64,000 nucleotides of DNA from Antedon mediterranea (lineage: Eukaryota > Animalia > Echinodermata): assembly GCF_964355755.1 (NCBI RefSeq), contig NC_092670.1:33902388-33966387 (forward strand), read 5' to 3'. A model generated the notes under the pieces. It was not told where the DNA came from, did not search any database, and worked only from the letters and a program-made list of their open reading frames with translations. Position 1 is the first letter of the stretch, and each line of letters opens with the position of its first letter. Made by a program: the position numbers and the translations under genes. Below, one piece after another: positions 12,906 to 25,261 of the stretch.

Positions 12906-14242
12906 CATTTCGATAAGAAAATGATTATGTTTTTTATGTACGGTATTATTCCGCCCGAGTTTATTCAACATACTGTATTATTATACTATTTTATTGGGAA
13001 TACATTAATTTACACATTCATAGAAATATATGGTTCATACTTTTTTAACATAAATATTTAGCCATTTACTTTGATCGATACATTTATAATTTATACCGAT
13101 AATAGTACACCTATTATTGTATAGCATTACCATGTTTTCACCCATATTAATAATTCTGCATTTTCAATTCAATAATCAATTTCATTTATTTATTTCAACA
13201 CACATTTAAATCGGTGATTGACAGCAAAATAAATAAACAACAGGCGCGTATCTTAATACATGTATACTATTTGTAAATATTATAAACAAAAAACATATAT
13301 ATAGAAAATGAAATGAAGTACATTTAGACCATTTTGAGCATATTTTCACTTATTATTAGGCCTATGTCAAAAACCGAAATTGAAAATGATAAAAAAAAAA
13401 GCTGAATGAAAAAATATTTAGGCCTACACATGTTGCGGGGATATATTAAAAAATGATTTCGTAATTGGTACTTCTCTTTAAAATGTACTAATTTCACTAT
13501 TTATTTTGTTTGGATTTTGAAATTATTAAATACGAATTATACTACTTTTATCCATATGTACTGTACGATATTTGTACTAAATCATTTCTCCAAATAAACA
13601 TTGTGTTTAAAAACTTAAATTGCTCTCTGTTTGCGCTGTATGCAACATTACATATACGCATTGGCTCCGGTTGGGGGAGGAGGGGGAATTACCAACCTGA
13701 CGTTTATTACAATATCGGAGCAACAGATACTGTAATGCGTAAGTTCAACAAAAGATGCGCGTAGGCCTACACAGTGTTTGTGCGAAATGTGTGTTTCATT
13801 AAAAATGCGAGACCCGTGACGTGTTAAAACTCTGTGAGCTGATATTATAGTTTGACAATAGGGAATGGTGTGTGGGGTGCTACAGTCCGCAGTAAATTGG
13901 AGGGATACGTGGGACTGTGGGCAGTAGCGAATTAAAAGTTCACACCATATTAATTCTAAAAAATAATTGATGAGATGCTCTTTAGTTTTCGTTTTAGCTA
14001 TTAATGTATTTCATTCAGCAGAACATTTTATTTAAATTACATTCGTATACCCCTTCAGTTAAGATACATAAAAAGTGTGTGCGGGTGGCCGTTTCGAAAA
14101 CGCGGATGTTAAGTTTTGATGGATGTAACTGAACATATTTGGAGGTGCGAAAAAGTCTCCACGACATTGGCCCATCATGTTTTTTACTTCATTTCCAAAT
14201 AAACATATAGTGTTTTAAGGATGAATGATAAAATAATTTGAT

Positions 14243-14511
14243 TTTTTTTTTATTTGATTTGAGTATTTAAAAACTTTAATTACTCTCTGTTTTTGCATAC
14301 GCTGTTTTTGATACTTTATTCACATGCCAATGTAAATGTCCTTCAATCCTGTCGGTTGTTTACGAAAACCGAATGCCAATGCTTATATCGTAAACAACCG
14401 ACAGGATTGAAGGACATTCGCATCGGCATGTGAATAAAGTATCAAAAACAGCGTATGCAAAAACAGAGAGTAATTAAAGTTTTTAAATACTCAAATCAAA
14501 TAAAAAAAAAA
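14243..14511. repeat. Near-perfect hairpin, ~120-bp arms with ~22-nt loop
   Basis: ...caatcctgtcggttgtttacga [loop] tcgtaaacaaccgacaggattg... with complementarity extending to the T/A tracts. Confidence 0.9.
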
Positions 14512-16852
14512 CTCCTACCAGCGTGCAAAAATGCATTACTGTAGGCATTCTTTAATTTAATTAACTAATTATTTTAAAACGATCATGTAATGAGGAAATC
14601 TGTGAGAATAAGAAAAATTTAGGAACCCTCGCTTGATATGCTGGTGCTTTCATAGTGTTTTTCAAATTCGACTGGGCATAATCAACAAACAAAAGCCCTA
14701 ATGAGGTTTCGTAAAATAATACAGTGATATTTTATTTTACAAATACAATCAATTTTAGGATTTTCTTATACATAATAGTTTGGTTCTTTATCAGTATTGG
14801 ATAGTGTAATAAATGGTCATTAATATTATACATAGAAATTATTTATTTAATTATAAATAGAAAATTAGGCCATATCAAATACCAGTGAACATCCGTTTAG
14901 CCCGTTTGAAATTCAATCAAACCTATTTGGTTAATAATAATTTAATGAGTTCAGAATGTATACCTTTTTATCCGCATACGATATTTGACTATGTATTTAT
15001 GTAAATTATTTGATATGTTTTCCAATAAACAATGTACTGATTTTTGTTTTAACACTTTGCAATGATGAATGATAAAAGGGTCTATTTTTTGTAATTGATT
15101 TGGGTATTTGTAACTTTCCATAGCTCTCTGTTTTTTACTTTATTCACATGCCGATATGAATGTCCTGGAGTCCAATCGGTCATTTACGAAAACAGAATAC
15201 ACTGTAATAAGCATGATTTGCATAGAATTCTCATAAAATCCTGTGTTTATATCTCAAAGGTCACTAAACAGTCCCAGAAGACAGATCATTCAAGGTTATG
15301 ATATGAATGGTGAACTAGCAAATAGCTCAACATTTTGATTACAAAATGCTTAATTTAAACACAAAGGAGAATGTACATAGGTATACAACTCCCTGGGTAG
15401 ACATTCTGTGAACACCACTACTCGTAGATTTGAATGTATAGATAGATAAACAATATATAATGTGATGATCAATGAAGAATGATAATCTCATGTAAAATCG
15501 AAACCTTGCATTGAATTGACAATGATTTTTAATACAACAAATTCAATCAAGGTGCTTGATATAAATATTCTTTTACATTTCACATTAACATTATACCGAC
15601 GATAATGATGGTGTATAATTATATGTGACTTGGTGGAGACTCTTACCCCAACCCGGTTTATAAATTACAATTCCGTCTGCTGTATTGCTTATTGTTATTG
15701 GATATACTCTTGTTTTTAAACCGTAAATATTAAAAAAACGACGAACTCTTTCATGGTAAAGAAATAACCATCATCCATACAAAAAGATAGATCTCGCAGA
15801 TTTTTCTTTGTTTAAAGGTTCATGTACAAAAATAAGGAAAAACTGGCATTTAGGGGTAATGTTGTATCAAAATAATCTGATTTAAAGTGTACATTTGAAC
15901 CATCTCAAGGATGTATGGTATGTGGATGTTGGTTGAGAATGAGAGGATGAGCTGAGGTGGGGTTGGTGGTTAGATGGGGATTCAGAGATAATGAATCAAA
16001 ATGAATTCTTCTGTGAAGGATTTAACCTGTGATTTCAATCATTGCAATCATGCATGGTCTCCATGAAGCAAATAACTCCCACCCTGGGGCAGGTATTTGT
16101 GTCTGCTACCTTCTAATAAATATAAGAAGTCTGACAGTTTAGCATACCAGATGATTTTAATGCATTTTTATTTTATACTTTACTTTTAACTTTATTATTG
16201 TACAATCATTTTCATAAATCATAATAAATAAATAAGTCTATATGCAGACTTTTGTACTAGGTTCTCCCAACCAAAGGGCCAATAAATTTACCTGTCATGG
16301 ACACTTGTTGTGTGCTATACCAATTAAGGGATTGTGACTTAAAGTAAGATGTCATCTTTTTTGTGGCACGCCTAATTGGCGACAGAAGCTGTGTTAGCCT
16401 CTTTTGTTGCTCCATGGCGCAAAATCTAGCTATTTTTTGTATTGTTATGTTTGTATAATTGTTTTTGCCGAAATTAATAAAATAAAATATAATAATCTAA
16501 ATTTCTTCTTAAAGATGATGAGTTATTTCAGTTTGATCAAAAACTAACTCATATATATCAAAGTTATGCGATGAGGTCATAATTGCTACACCCATTTTAC
16601 AATCTTAGTTTGTGTACATTTTATCATCGAGTTGAACAACAACTAAAATACAACTGTATCACACATTCATCAAACAATACTGTATAAGTAATAATAATCC
16701 CTTCTACATTGTAGTTGTGGGCCCTGTACTCTGCTAAAGTTACTTTAAATACACGTAATACATTTGACATATGCCTACAATCATGTACTGTACGTGTACT
16801 TGAACAAAGCATGTATTTGTGTTTATTCTGCATGTTGTCAACCCCGATATCT

Positions 16853-17046
16853 ACTCGCAGTTTCCGACTCGCAACTCGCACTTTCCGACTCGCAACTCGC
16901 ACTTTCCGACTAGCAACTCGCAGTTTCTGACCCGCAACTCGCACTTTCTGACTCACAATTCGCACTTTCCGACCCGCAACTCGCACTTTCTGACTCGCAA
17001 TTCGCACTTTCCGACTCGCAACTCACACTTTCCGACCCGCAACTCC
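16853..17046. repeat. 21-bp minisatellite (ccgactcgcaactcgcacttt), ~9 copies
   Basis: Directly visible; explains the repetitive ORFs 16624..17007 and 16819..17049. Confidence 0.92.
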
Positions 17047-18446
17047 TAATAGGAGTTATCGCGGGAAAAACGAATACTGTAAGCCTATACTACAATGAAT
17101 CATAATTTATCTGGACTCAAGAAAATAATTGAGAAGAATTGGGACAAGGTGGTGGTGATGGAACTGCAGTAATTTAATTTGATTCTATTTTGTATCTATA
17201 CATACTGCTCTTATTCCGTTCTCTCATTCGGCTAGGATTTTTGTCAAACAGTTCGTTTAATCTTTAATCATCAGGGTCTATGTGTACTTGATGTAATACT
17301 TTTTTGTATGGAATCTCTGCCTCGACCAAATGATGCTTTTTGTTTTTGTTTTTATTTTTATTACTATATTTTTGTTTATTAAATATACATATGTTGATGT
17401 TTGATTTTGGTAGAAATAAATGTTGAATTGAATGTTTGCGATATACTATGATATGACCTGATGCATATCTGATGCATATACAGTATATACACTTTTAGTA
17501 CTGAGTGCCTATATTATTTGTACGTGTCATCTAGTTGATGAGCCTAGTACAGTATAATAATATATAGAATACAAATCCAACATTCTTCAAAATTCTATGA
17601 TGTGGGTAACATGGGTACCTTACTGTCAAACTACTTTACATTGCATTCGTTTATCATGAACGGATTGTGATTGACTTTCCAGTCCGCGAATGTCCTTGCC
17701 TGTTGGAATTTGATTTACAAGCGTGATTGATTTTGACGGTAGCTTACCATTGAAAAGACCAAAAAACATTCTAGCACACGCTGTCGTCCCTGTATCACGC
17801 TCAGAACTTGCTGCTCAAAAACTTTTTGTCATCGAAACTGTAGGCCTACTGAAATATTATTTAAAAGTTCCTGATTGACCTTTTCTGTTTCATCAATTGT
17901 TCGACTTCTTCAAATACAGTGAGTAATAATAGAACATTTGTATTATATTAATTTGAACAACATTTTACAATTATTAAAACAGTACTGTATTACTGTAACT
18001 ATGAATGTAAATAGTAAAATTTACTGTAAAAGAACTCTCCGCAATAGAGCCAAAAGAAGGGCTAATGAGATTGTAGGGCAAATTGGTAGGCCTAGGCCTA
18101 ATGTGAATTTTGATACGGATAATGTAATTAGGCCTATTAATCCACGTTATTATAATGATGAACACGTTGACGACGGAAGTGTCAATATTACTCCGTCTCT
18201 ACCTCCTTCTGATAATAGCCAAACTGACAATGTCACTACTAGTACTACTAGTCATGATGACCAGAGTGTTAGTAGTCTTAATAAAGCAAGTAGTAGTAGT
18301 GTTACTTCCAGTTGTAGCCTAACTAAAAAAAGAACTAATTTACGTGGTGTGCCGCAAACTTTAATCAACAATATTAACTAATGTTTTTCATCTACGTTAT
18401 GTTGAAAATGTCTTGTTTTAACAATTTCTTTATTTTTATATTTTAG

Positions 18447-19808
18447 ATTTTGCGATTATGCAGTCTTGGTGGCCACAATGAAACAGATGTCCTCAATAGG
18501 ATAATGGGTCATCTGCTTTCAAACACACTTGCCTCAGAATTTAATTGGATGGGAAGAGGGGATAAGAAGGGATTCAGAGGACTAAAGCTTTCAAAAATTG
18601 TAAAAGGTAAATACTCTAATAAACAGCACCCGCCATTCCAAGATATACACTGGTCCTAACATTGCTTCGGTGATTTGACGAGAACTGGTGTTTCAAAGTG
18701 TGTATATGAATTACCGTCTGACTGATTTTGGACGGAGATGCACACATAAAATTGGATGTCTCTTCCTCGTTTTCAAAATAATATTTTAAAAATCTTATTT
18801 AGTATTATTAAAATAATTATTTCAAATGCATAATTGCTTGTTTTATCTTGCTAATAGGGAAGCAAGAGGCTTTTGATTATATATTTTTCACATGAGATAA
18901 AGTATTCTGTTGATGCACAATGTTTGTACACTTTGCAGTTTCAGCTAGAAGATCATGGACCGGAATGACGGAGGCCACATGTGAAAATAAAATAAAATCT
19001 TGGCTGAAATACAGCAAGGACAGAGCTGGGGGAAGAAAACTTAGGGAACAAAAGAAGAAAGGTCAGTTCAATAGTTAAATTTAGTATTTAAAGATGTTTG
19101 TACTTTACTTGTAAATCAGGTATCAAGTCATTTTAAACCACCATCATGACGGCAACAACAATAATCCATGCTGGTGGTTATTTATTACGACTACTAATTT
19201 TCAAACTAGAATTTAATTCGTCTCTTTAACGAATTATAAGTGATGTCATTTTATAATTTTACTGACATTTATTTTAAAACAAATCATGCACTTACGTTAA
19301 AATACCATCGCAAAATGTTGATACTGTATAATTATGGCATCTTTTGACCTGATGCATTTACGCTTATAGTGCTGAGTTATAATTATCTACAGCATATGTA
19401 CATCTATATACAATGTAGCATAGGTGAAATTACGGGACCCACATTATGTTCTATTTTTTTTGGTATGATGGCGTTATCAAAGTAAACATGAAGATGATGA
19501 ATTGAGCAAAAAGATAAAAGATTTGGAATAAAATTAATTGGGCACGTAAAAGGGCGGCGGTGCGCGCTTTTTGAAATTTGTACAACTTTTACTAAAAACT
19601 AACATTGTGTTAAATAAATTGCAATGCGATAAGCTTTCTACTATAGCTTATGGTTTGTAATCACTATGTGTGTATTTAGTAAACGTATATAATTTACAGT
19701 TAATTGACAATAACTTGCTTTTCTTTTCTCTTTGTAGCAGCTGCAGCAGCAGCAAACACCGACGAAGCCGAAGATACCATAGATGATGATGATGAACTTT
19801 TTATTTGA
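18447..19808 (+). CDS. DUF4806-like transposon accessory gene, last three exons (18447-18606, 18939-19061, 19738-19808)
   Basis: Spliced product ILRLCSLGGHNETDVLNRIMGHLLSNTLASEFNWMGRGDKKGFRGLKLSKIVK-VSARRSWTGMTEATCENKIKSWLKYSKDRAGGRKLREQKKK-AAAAAANTDEAEDTIDDDDELFI*. The GG...RxM...L...NWxG..K..F and WL...DRxGGR motifs are typical of DUF4806. All GT/AG sites are phase-compatible. Confidence 0.75.
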
Positions 19809-20419
19809 ATTGTTGGTTATCCGTATACTGGATGCTTTTACGGCATCATATTGCCAGTAGATTTTGTAAAATAGGATTTGTTTTTTCTTTGGTACTATTA
19901 TTCATATTTAAAAGAGCGCATCTCGCTTATCGATACCCCATTTCTCCCAGCTTTAAATATTTTCTTATTCAATAAATCATTCCTCGCATGAGTAGTAAAC
20001 TTTTTAATTTTGATGACCTCATTATGTCTCAACATTTGAACAACATGGGTTAATTAATTTAATCTATATAGTAAATTGTAATCTATAGCCCCTCAGGATG
20101 AAAAGTGGCCCTCATGATTAAATGTGTGCTCAAATTAACTTCCGAATTGATGAAATGTTAAAAACTTGATTAAAATGTAATCAAACGTTGCAATTAATTA
20201 TACATTTTTACATTCTTAAGAGACGAGTTCAAATCTATATAGTTTATTTGATTTTTAATTGTCTAGTTTTTAAATGTTTTACTTAAATTGTTTATCATTA
20301 AATAATTATACCTTTAATAAAAACAATTTCCAATCCAATATTTGCAGAGTACCGGCATTATTTAATTGTTAAGTTTCATTCATATTCATTCGATGGTACA
20401 ATCTATTTACTACGGTGAA

Positions 20420-21400
20420 TCGATGTAAATTAACACAGCTACTCCAACACGTTGTGCTCACGCATAACCGACGAATACAAAATACGATGACCGACGTAAT
20501 CTATGACTTTAAGCCGACGTTGACCCAACACATTGGGCGAACTAATGCCCAACGAAGAACAATTACGTTAAACCAACGTCATCAAAAGTTGTTAGACCAA
20601 TGTAATATAAATGACGTTAAGCCGACATCAACCCAACACGTTGAGCCAACCTAGACACGACAAATAAAAAAATACGTTGAACCAACGTCATCAAAAGTTA
20701 TTAGACCAACGTAATGTATATGACGTTAAGCCGACGTCAACCAAACACATGTCGGGCCAACATCGTTAAAAGATGTTAAGCCAACCATAAATGACGACGT
20801 TTGTCCGACGTTGCCCGAACACGTTGTTGCAATGTCTGTCCAACGCGTTGGGCCCACTAAGGGCCGATGTAAAAAATAACGTTGGGCCTACGTTGGTAAA
20901 AGTAACGTCGGGCCTACGTCGGTAAAAGTTGTTAAGCCAACCATAAATAACGACGTTTGTCCGACGTCGCCCCAACACGTTGTTCCGATGTCTGTCCAAC
21001 GCGTTGGGCCCACTAAGGGCCGACGGAAAATATTACGTCGGGCCTATGTCGCGGTATAAGATGTCGAGCCAACCATAAACGACGACGTTTGGCCGACGTC
21101 GCCCCAACACGTTGTTCCAATGTCTGTTCAACGCGTTGGGCCCACTAAGGGCCGATGGAAAAAATTACGTCGGGCCTACGTTGGTAACAGTAACGTCGGG
21201 CCTACGTCGGTAAAAGATGTCAAGCCAACCATAAACGACGACGTTTGGCCGACGTCGCCCCAACACGTTGTTCCGATGTCTGTACAACGCGTTGGGCCCA
21301 CTAAGGGCCGATGGAAAAAATTACGTCGGGCCTACGTCGCCTAAAGTTGTTGGCCCAACGTAACTGTTGACCTTACGCCAACGTCGGTACAACGTGTGAT
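20420..21400. repeat. Right subterminal tandem repeats of the EnSpm element
   Basis: Repeated blocks caacgcgttgggcccactaagggccga / ccaacacgttgtt / cgacgtcg. Confidence 0.85.
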
Positions 21401-21648
21401 TGCTAGCTGGGAAGTATATTAATTATCACTATTTATTTTATGTAGTTTTCGAAGAATACGTTACATCGGAAACAAATTACAATTATCAGTTTGATTACTA
21501 ACTCCTTGAAGGAATGACGAGAATAGAATTCGGTGTCATTGCATACAACGATGCTGTCCTCGTCTTAACGTCAAGTCCAGAGGCTCAGAATAGTATGATC
21601 GCCATAGGTGGTTGGGGAAATGTTAAATCTGTAATCCGCCGATGCCAG

Positions 21649-24600
21649 CAGTGGTGGCGCCAGCGGGGGGCCGGGGGGGGGGGGGCCAGGGCAAAGCTGC
21701 CCCCCCCCCCCCCCCCCCCCCCCCCGTCGGGGAGTATTGGCCATATTTGGGAGAAAAATATGATCATTTCTTTTCTGGTAAAAAATAAAACCATATTAAG
21801 TGTACTACTATATATTTTAAGTAACTGCGGCATTCCATTTTTGACGTACGTACGATATACTGAGAGCGAAGTAAACAGTATGTGGTACGCATTTGTCTGG
21901 CGGTGTCTCTTTGCACGAATCTTTCATGGCTCACTGCGGTATACGCGTCGACATATCTGGGCTGTATCATATTACATCCAGGGACCAAAATGTGTATTCT
22001 TCAGATTCGAGGCGAAAATCGAAAATTCATTTGCAACTACGCATCGACGTACGTTCATACAGGGATAAAGGTACGAGTTATGTTCTCACGGTTGAGTTTA
22101 CGAATTGTTTCAATTTACCAATAACCCTTGGTGTACCGCGTATATGTTCGCTGTCGATTAAAGGGGTTTGGGTGGGGGTTCGATTGGGAAAAGGAAGCGG
22201 TTGGCCAGAACCATAAAAGAGGGTCTGGTCACGTTTCTTTTCGCGCATAAATCTCGATCTAGGGTAGGAGGATGAATAGGGTGGCTAGCCACCTCCCTTA
22301 ATTCTAAAGGGGAAAAAAAGACGCACCAAACCCGTGACCGTCGCTAGACGCGGATTCGACGCACTTGACTCTTTTAATTAAGAAGAGTAGGCTAGAGCTA
22401 TAGTTGTGTAAATAGGCCTACATAGTGAAAGAGCTAAGAGTTTAATTACTATTTATGAATTCAAGAGTTTAAAAAGAAAAAGCGATTTGAAATCTTCGGA
22501 AAATACCCACAACTGAGTTATTTTCAAAACACATGCACTCCCACTACCAGCATCACGTTGTCTTAGCTTGCTGTTCGTGTGAATGCTGACGTCATCACTC
22601 TCCAAAAATACACCATTTTCCGCCCTGGTCCGTGTGCAAGCGTTAGCGTGGACCTGTATATTTACACCCCTGTACAGATTAGAGTGTAATATCGTGAACT
22701 TTTTCCTCGCGTATGAAGGTTTTTTATATAATGGTATGCAGTATAACGATAAAAAAAACGATAAACATGCTTTTCTTTTATTGTTATTTCATAGGCATAG
22801 CATAAACATGAAATGTCTTGTTCTATTGTACACGGCCGAAAAAACGTGTGTGGCGTATTTGGCATTTTATTGATTTGTGTTATAGACACGGCGATTACGG
22901 CAATCATCATTGTACTGTATACTAAATTACATTGAGTTATTCACCCGGCTATAGGGTATATATCTGAGGTTAACAGACCACCAAAGCACAGTCGTACACT
23001 AAACACATGCACTATCGAGGCATTTTCGGATCAAAGTTTATTATTAGTTCGTCGAAAAAGATCCGTATTATTAGAGTATTTAGGAAGGATTTATTTAAAT
23101 TTACATTACTAGATGGTACGCTCGCTTCGCTCGCGTACCATCTAGGTCGTGCCCACAGATGGTTCTCGAATACATAATAATTTCAGCGTTAAAAAACTGG
23201 CGATTTCAAATGTACGTACCGCAGGACAATAATACATGTCGTTTACAGGAACGAATAAATAGACACTGTGATTTATGTACTCAACTAAAATTAGCACCCT
23301 ATTACTTCCGAAAGAGAAACTTGTCACAAAATAAGACCAATTGTTTAAGTCAAATTTAAACAAACTTAATTTGTGTTTTGTATGTAAAATTAGGGTTGAG
23401 GGATGGGGAAGAGGATGGGTGCAAAGAGGAACAATGTTAAAATATATTCTTTATCCATTTAGTAACGAAATATTAATTGCTTTCATGTTTTACAAATAAT
23501 ATACAACTAAACACAGTAAAACATTGCGATGTAATACTTTGTTGAAACTATCACCGTCCTAGTCGATTGAAATAGTACAGCACATGTAACGATACATCAC
23601 TACGACGTGTATATGTTTATAATATAATGTAAAACAATTTGTGAAAACCACCTCTATTCGGGGAAAATCATAAATTCGATTTAATCGTCATAAATATTAA
23701 ATTATCTAACTCAACTTAATTAGTAGGCCTAATGGTTTTCAATTGTTTCTTAGAGCCAATTCATACTTAAGTTGGTTCCTACCCTACCCACCAAAGTTGT
23801 TCTGCGTTTAAGGCATGTGATGTACCGTAGGCCTATTCTCTACTGGTTTTACAACGCTACTCATGCCAGTGAGGGAAAGGTGATGATGTGGGTGGTTTAA
23901 CTGCAATAATAAAGATTTGTACATAATATACGGCGAGTGAAAACGCTAGCTCATTATCCGTTTAAAAAAAAATTATATCCAACCTCTGCAGCACAGATTA
24001 AAAACAAAAATGGATCGAATTTCGAGTATACAGTACTGTACTTGCCTTTACGACGCCTGAGGGAATAGACACTTGTGAAACAGAGATTGGAATGTTCAAT
24101 TCATCGCAAATCAATACATTTGTATAATCGTATATTAAATCTATCAAAATAGTATTTTGTTAAGAAAATCGGCCTGTCTTCAACATTATGATGATGTACT
24201 CTAGCTGTTCAACCAGTTTTCAGCTATTAAAAACAATTATCGTAGGAGGAGATAGGAAAATGCGAAGCCTCCTCGTATTTTTGTGGCGGGTATTTTTCAA
24301 GATGGACATCCATTAGACGGTGTATACCACGATCGGAAAACACCCCTATTTGGGGCAAATCGTTGAACCTAAATTCGTTTTAATCGTCAATAACTAATTA
24401 CCTAACTCAATTTAATTAGTAAACAGGGTTACATCAGATGGTTAAAATCAGTACCGAAAGTATGAACCAACTTTATATACCATCGAGTAAAAATTCTAGA
24501 AATAAACCGAGATTTACCGAATTTTGCCCTTACGTAAATTTATATATAGATTATGTGACATTGTTATTAAATGTAATGGAAACAGTTGCTCTAGCCTATT

Positions 24601-24763
24601 AACAATGTGTAAGCATCTATTTTTTCAAAATTTTCTGAGGCTCTTGAAAATCCCAAACCCACCCCCGCTTTCACGCGTACGGCCCACCGTGGGGGAATTC
24701 GGCCCCCGTCGGGGAATTCGCCCCCCCCCCCCCCCCGTCGGGGAAATCCTGGCGCCACCACTG
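21649..24763. mobile_element. Non-autonomous hAT element
   Basis: Perfect TIR cagtggtggcgccag/ctggcgccaccactg and perfect 8-bp TSD GATGCCAG (21641-21648, 24764-24771). Confidence 0.92.
23109..24550 (-). mobile_element. Non-autonomous Helitron, copy A (nested in the hAT)
   Basis: On the minus strand: A|TCTATATATA 5' end, subterminal hairpin (tagatggtacgc...gcgtaccatcta), CTAG|T 3' end, no TSD. Confidence 0.88.
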
Positions 24764-25261
24764 GATGCCAGCACTGTACTGATAAAGCATCTTACTACCA
24801 TGTTGGACTCTTATCTCCGTATGAGTTTACCAAATTCTGGATATCATTTAAAAATGGATTAATCGGTGTTGGCTTGGTAGACGAGGATCCATTCATGGAA
24901 TGGCAGGATCCAGATCCACTGGAGGTGAACTACATTGGATTCACAACTGGGTATGGAAGCGGAGGATTATTTAAATGTTGTCATTAAAGCAGGTGATTTT
25001 AACAATGTGTGCCTAATACAACTACAAATCGACAGTGTCCATGTTTAGTCTTGTTCAGACTGTATTTCTTGATCATTCTGCTGCCGAGAGAGAGCTAAAC
25101 GAATGCTTTTTTCACTAGCCCAAAAGCATAAAGTTAAACCATAGATAAACAACTTAAATATTGTTGGATATGCAAAACATTTACAGAAAACCAAAGTTCC
25201 ATCAAGCCTATACAAGCGTATAATGCCAACAATTGGGACACCGTGTCCAGTCATTATTATT

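Larger units (their letters stand above)
7769..21411 (+). mobile_element. 13.6-kb non-autonomous EnSpm/CACTA(CMC)-type DNA transposon
   Basis: TIR cccagctagcaat...attgctagctggg with a 2-bp AA flank duplication. Long subterminal arrays rich in the palindromic acgt/caacgttg motif at both ends; internal DUF4806-like gene. Confidence 0.85.
21446..24992 (+). pseudogene. Farnesoic-acid O-methyltransferase-like (FAMeT / Methyltransf_FA) domain exon, split by a hAT insertion
   Basis: Removing the insertion restores MTRIEFGVIAYNDAVLVL...IAIGGWGNVKSVIRRCQ|HCTDKASYYHVGLLSPYEFTKFWISFKNGLIGVGLVDEDPFMEWQDPDPLEVNYIGFTTGYGSGG. In-frame TAA at 21499-21501 and 24985-24987. Confidence 0.85.

Noticed and set aside
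16624-17049. ORFs with RVASRK / FPTRNSH repeats
   Set aside because: Products of a 21-bp minisatellite; no splice or domain support.
20415-21344. Short ORFs in the right end of the EnSpm element
   Set aside because: Translations of subterminal tandem repeats.
21649-22216. Gly/Pro-rich extension of ORF 21514..22068
   Set aside because: Read-through into the G/C tracts of the hAT terminus; the real frame resumes at 24772.
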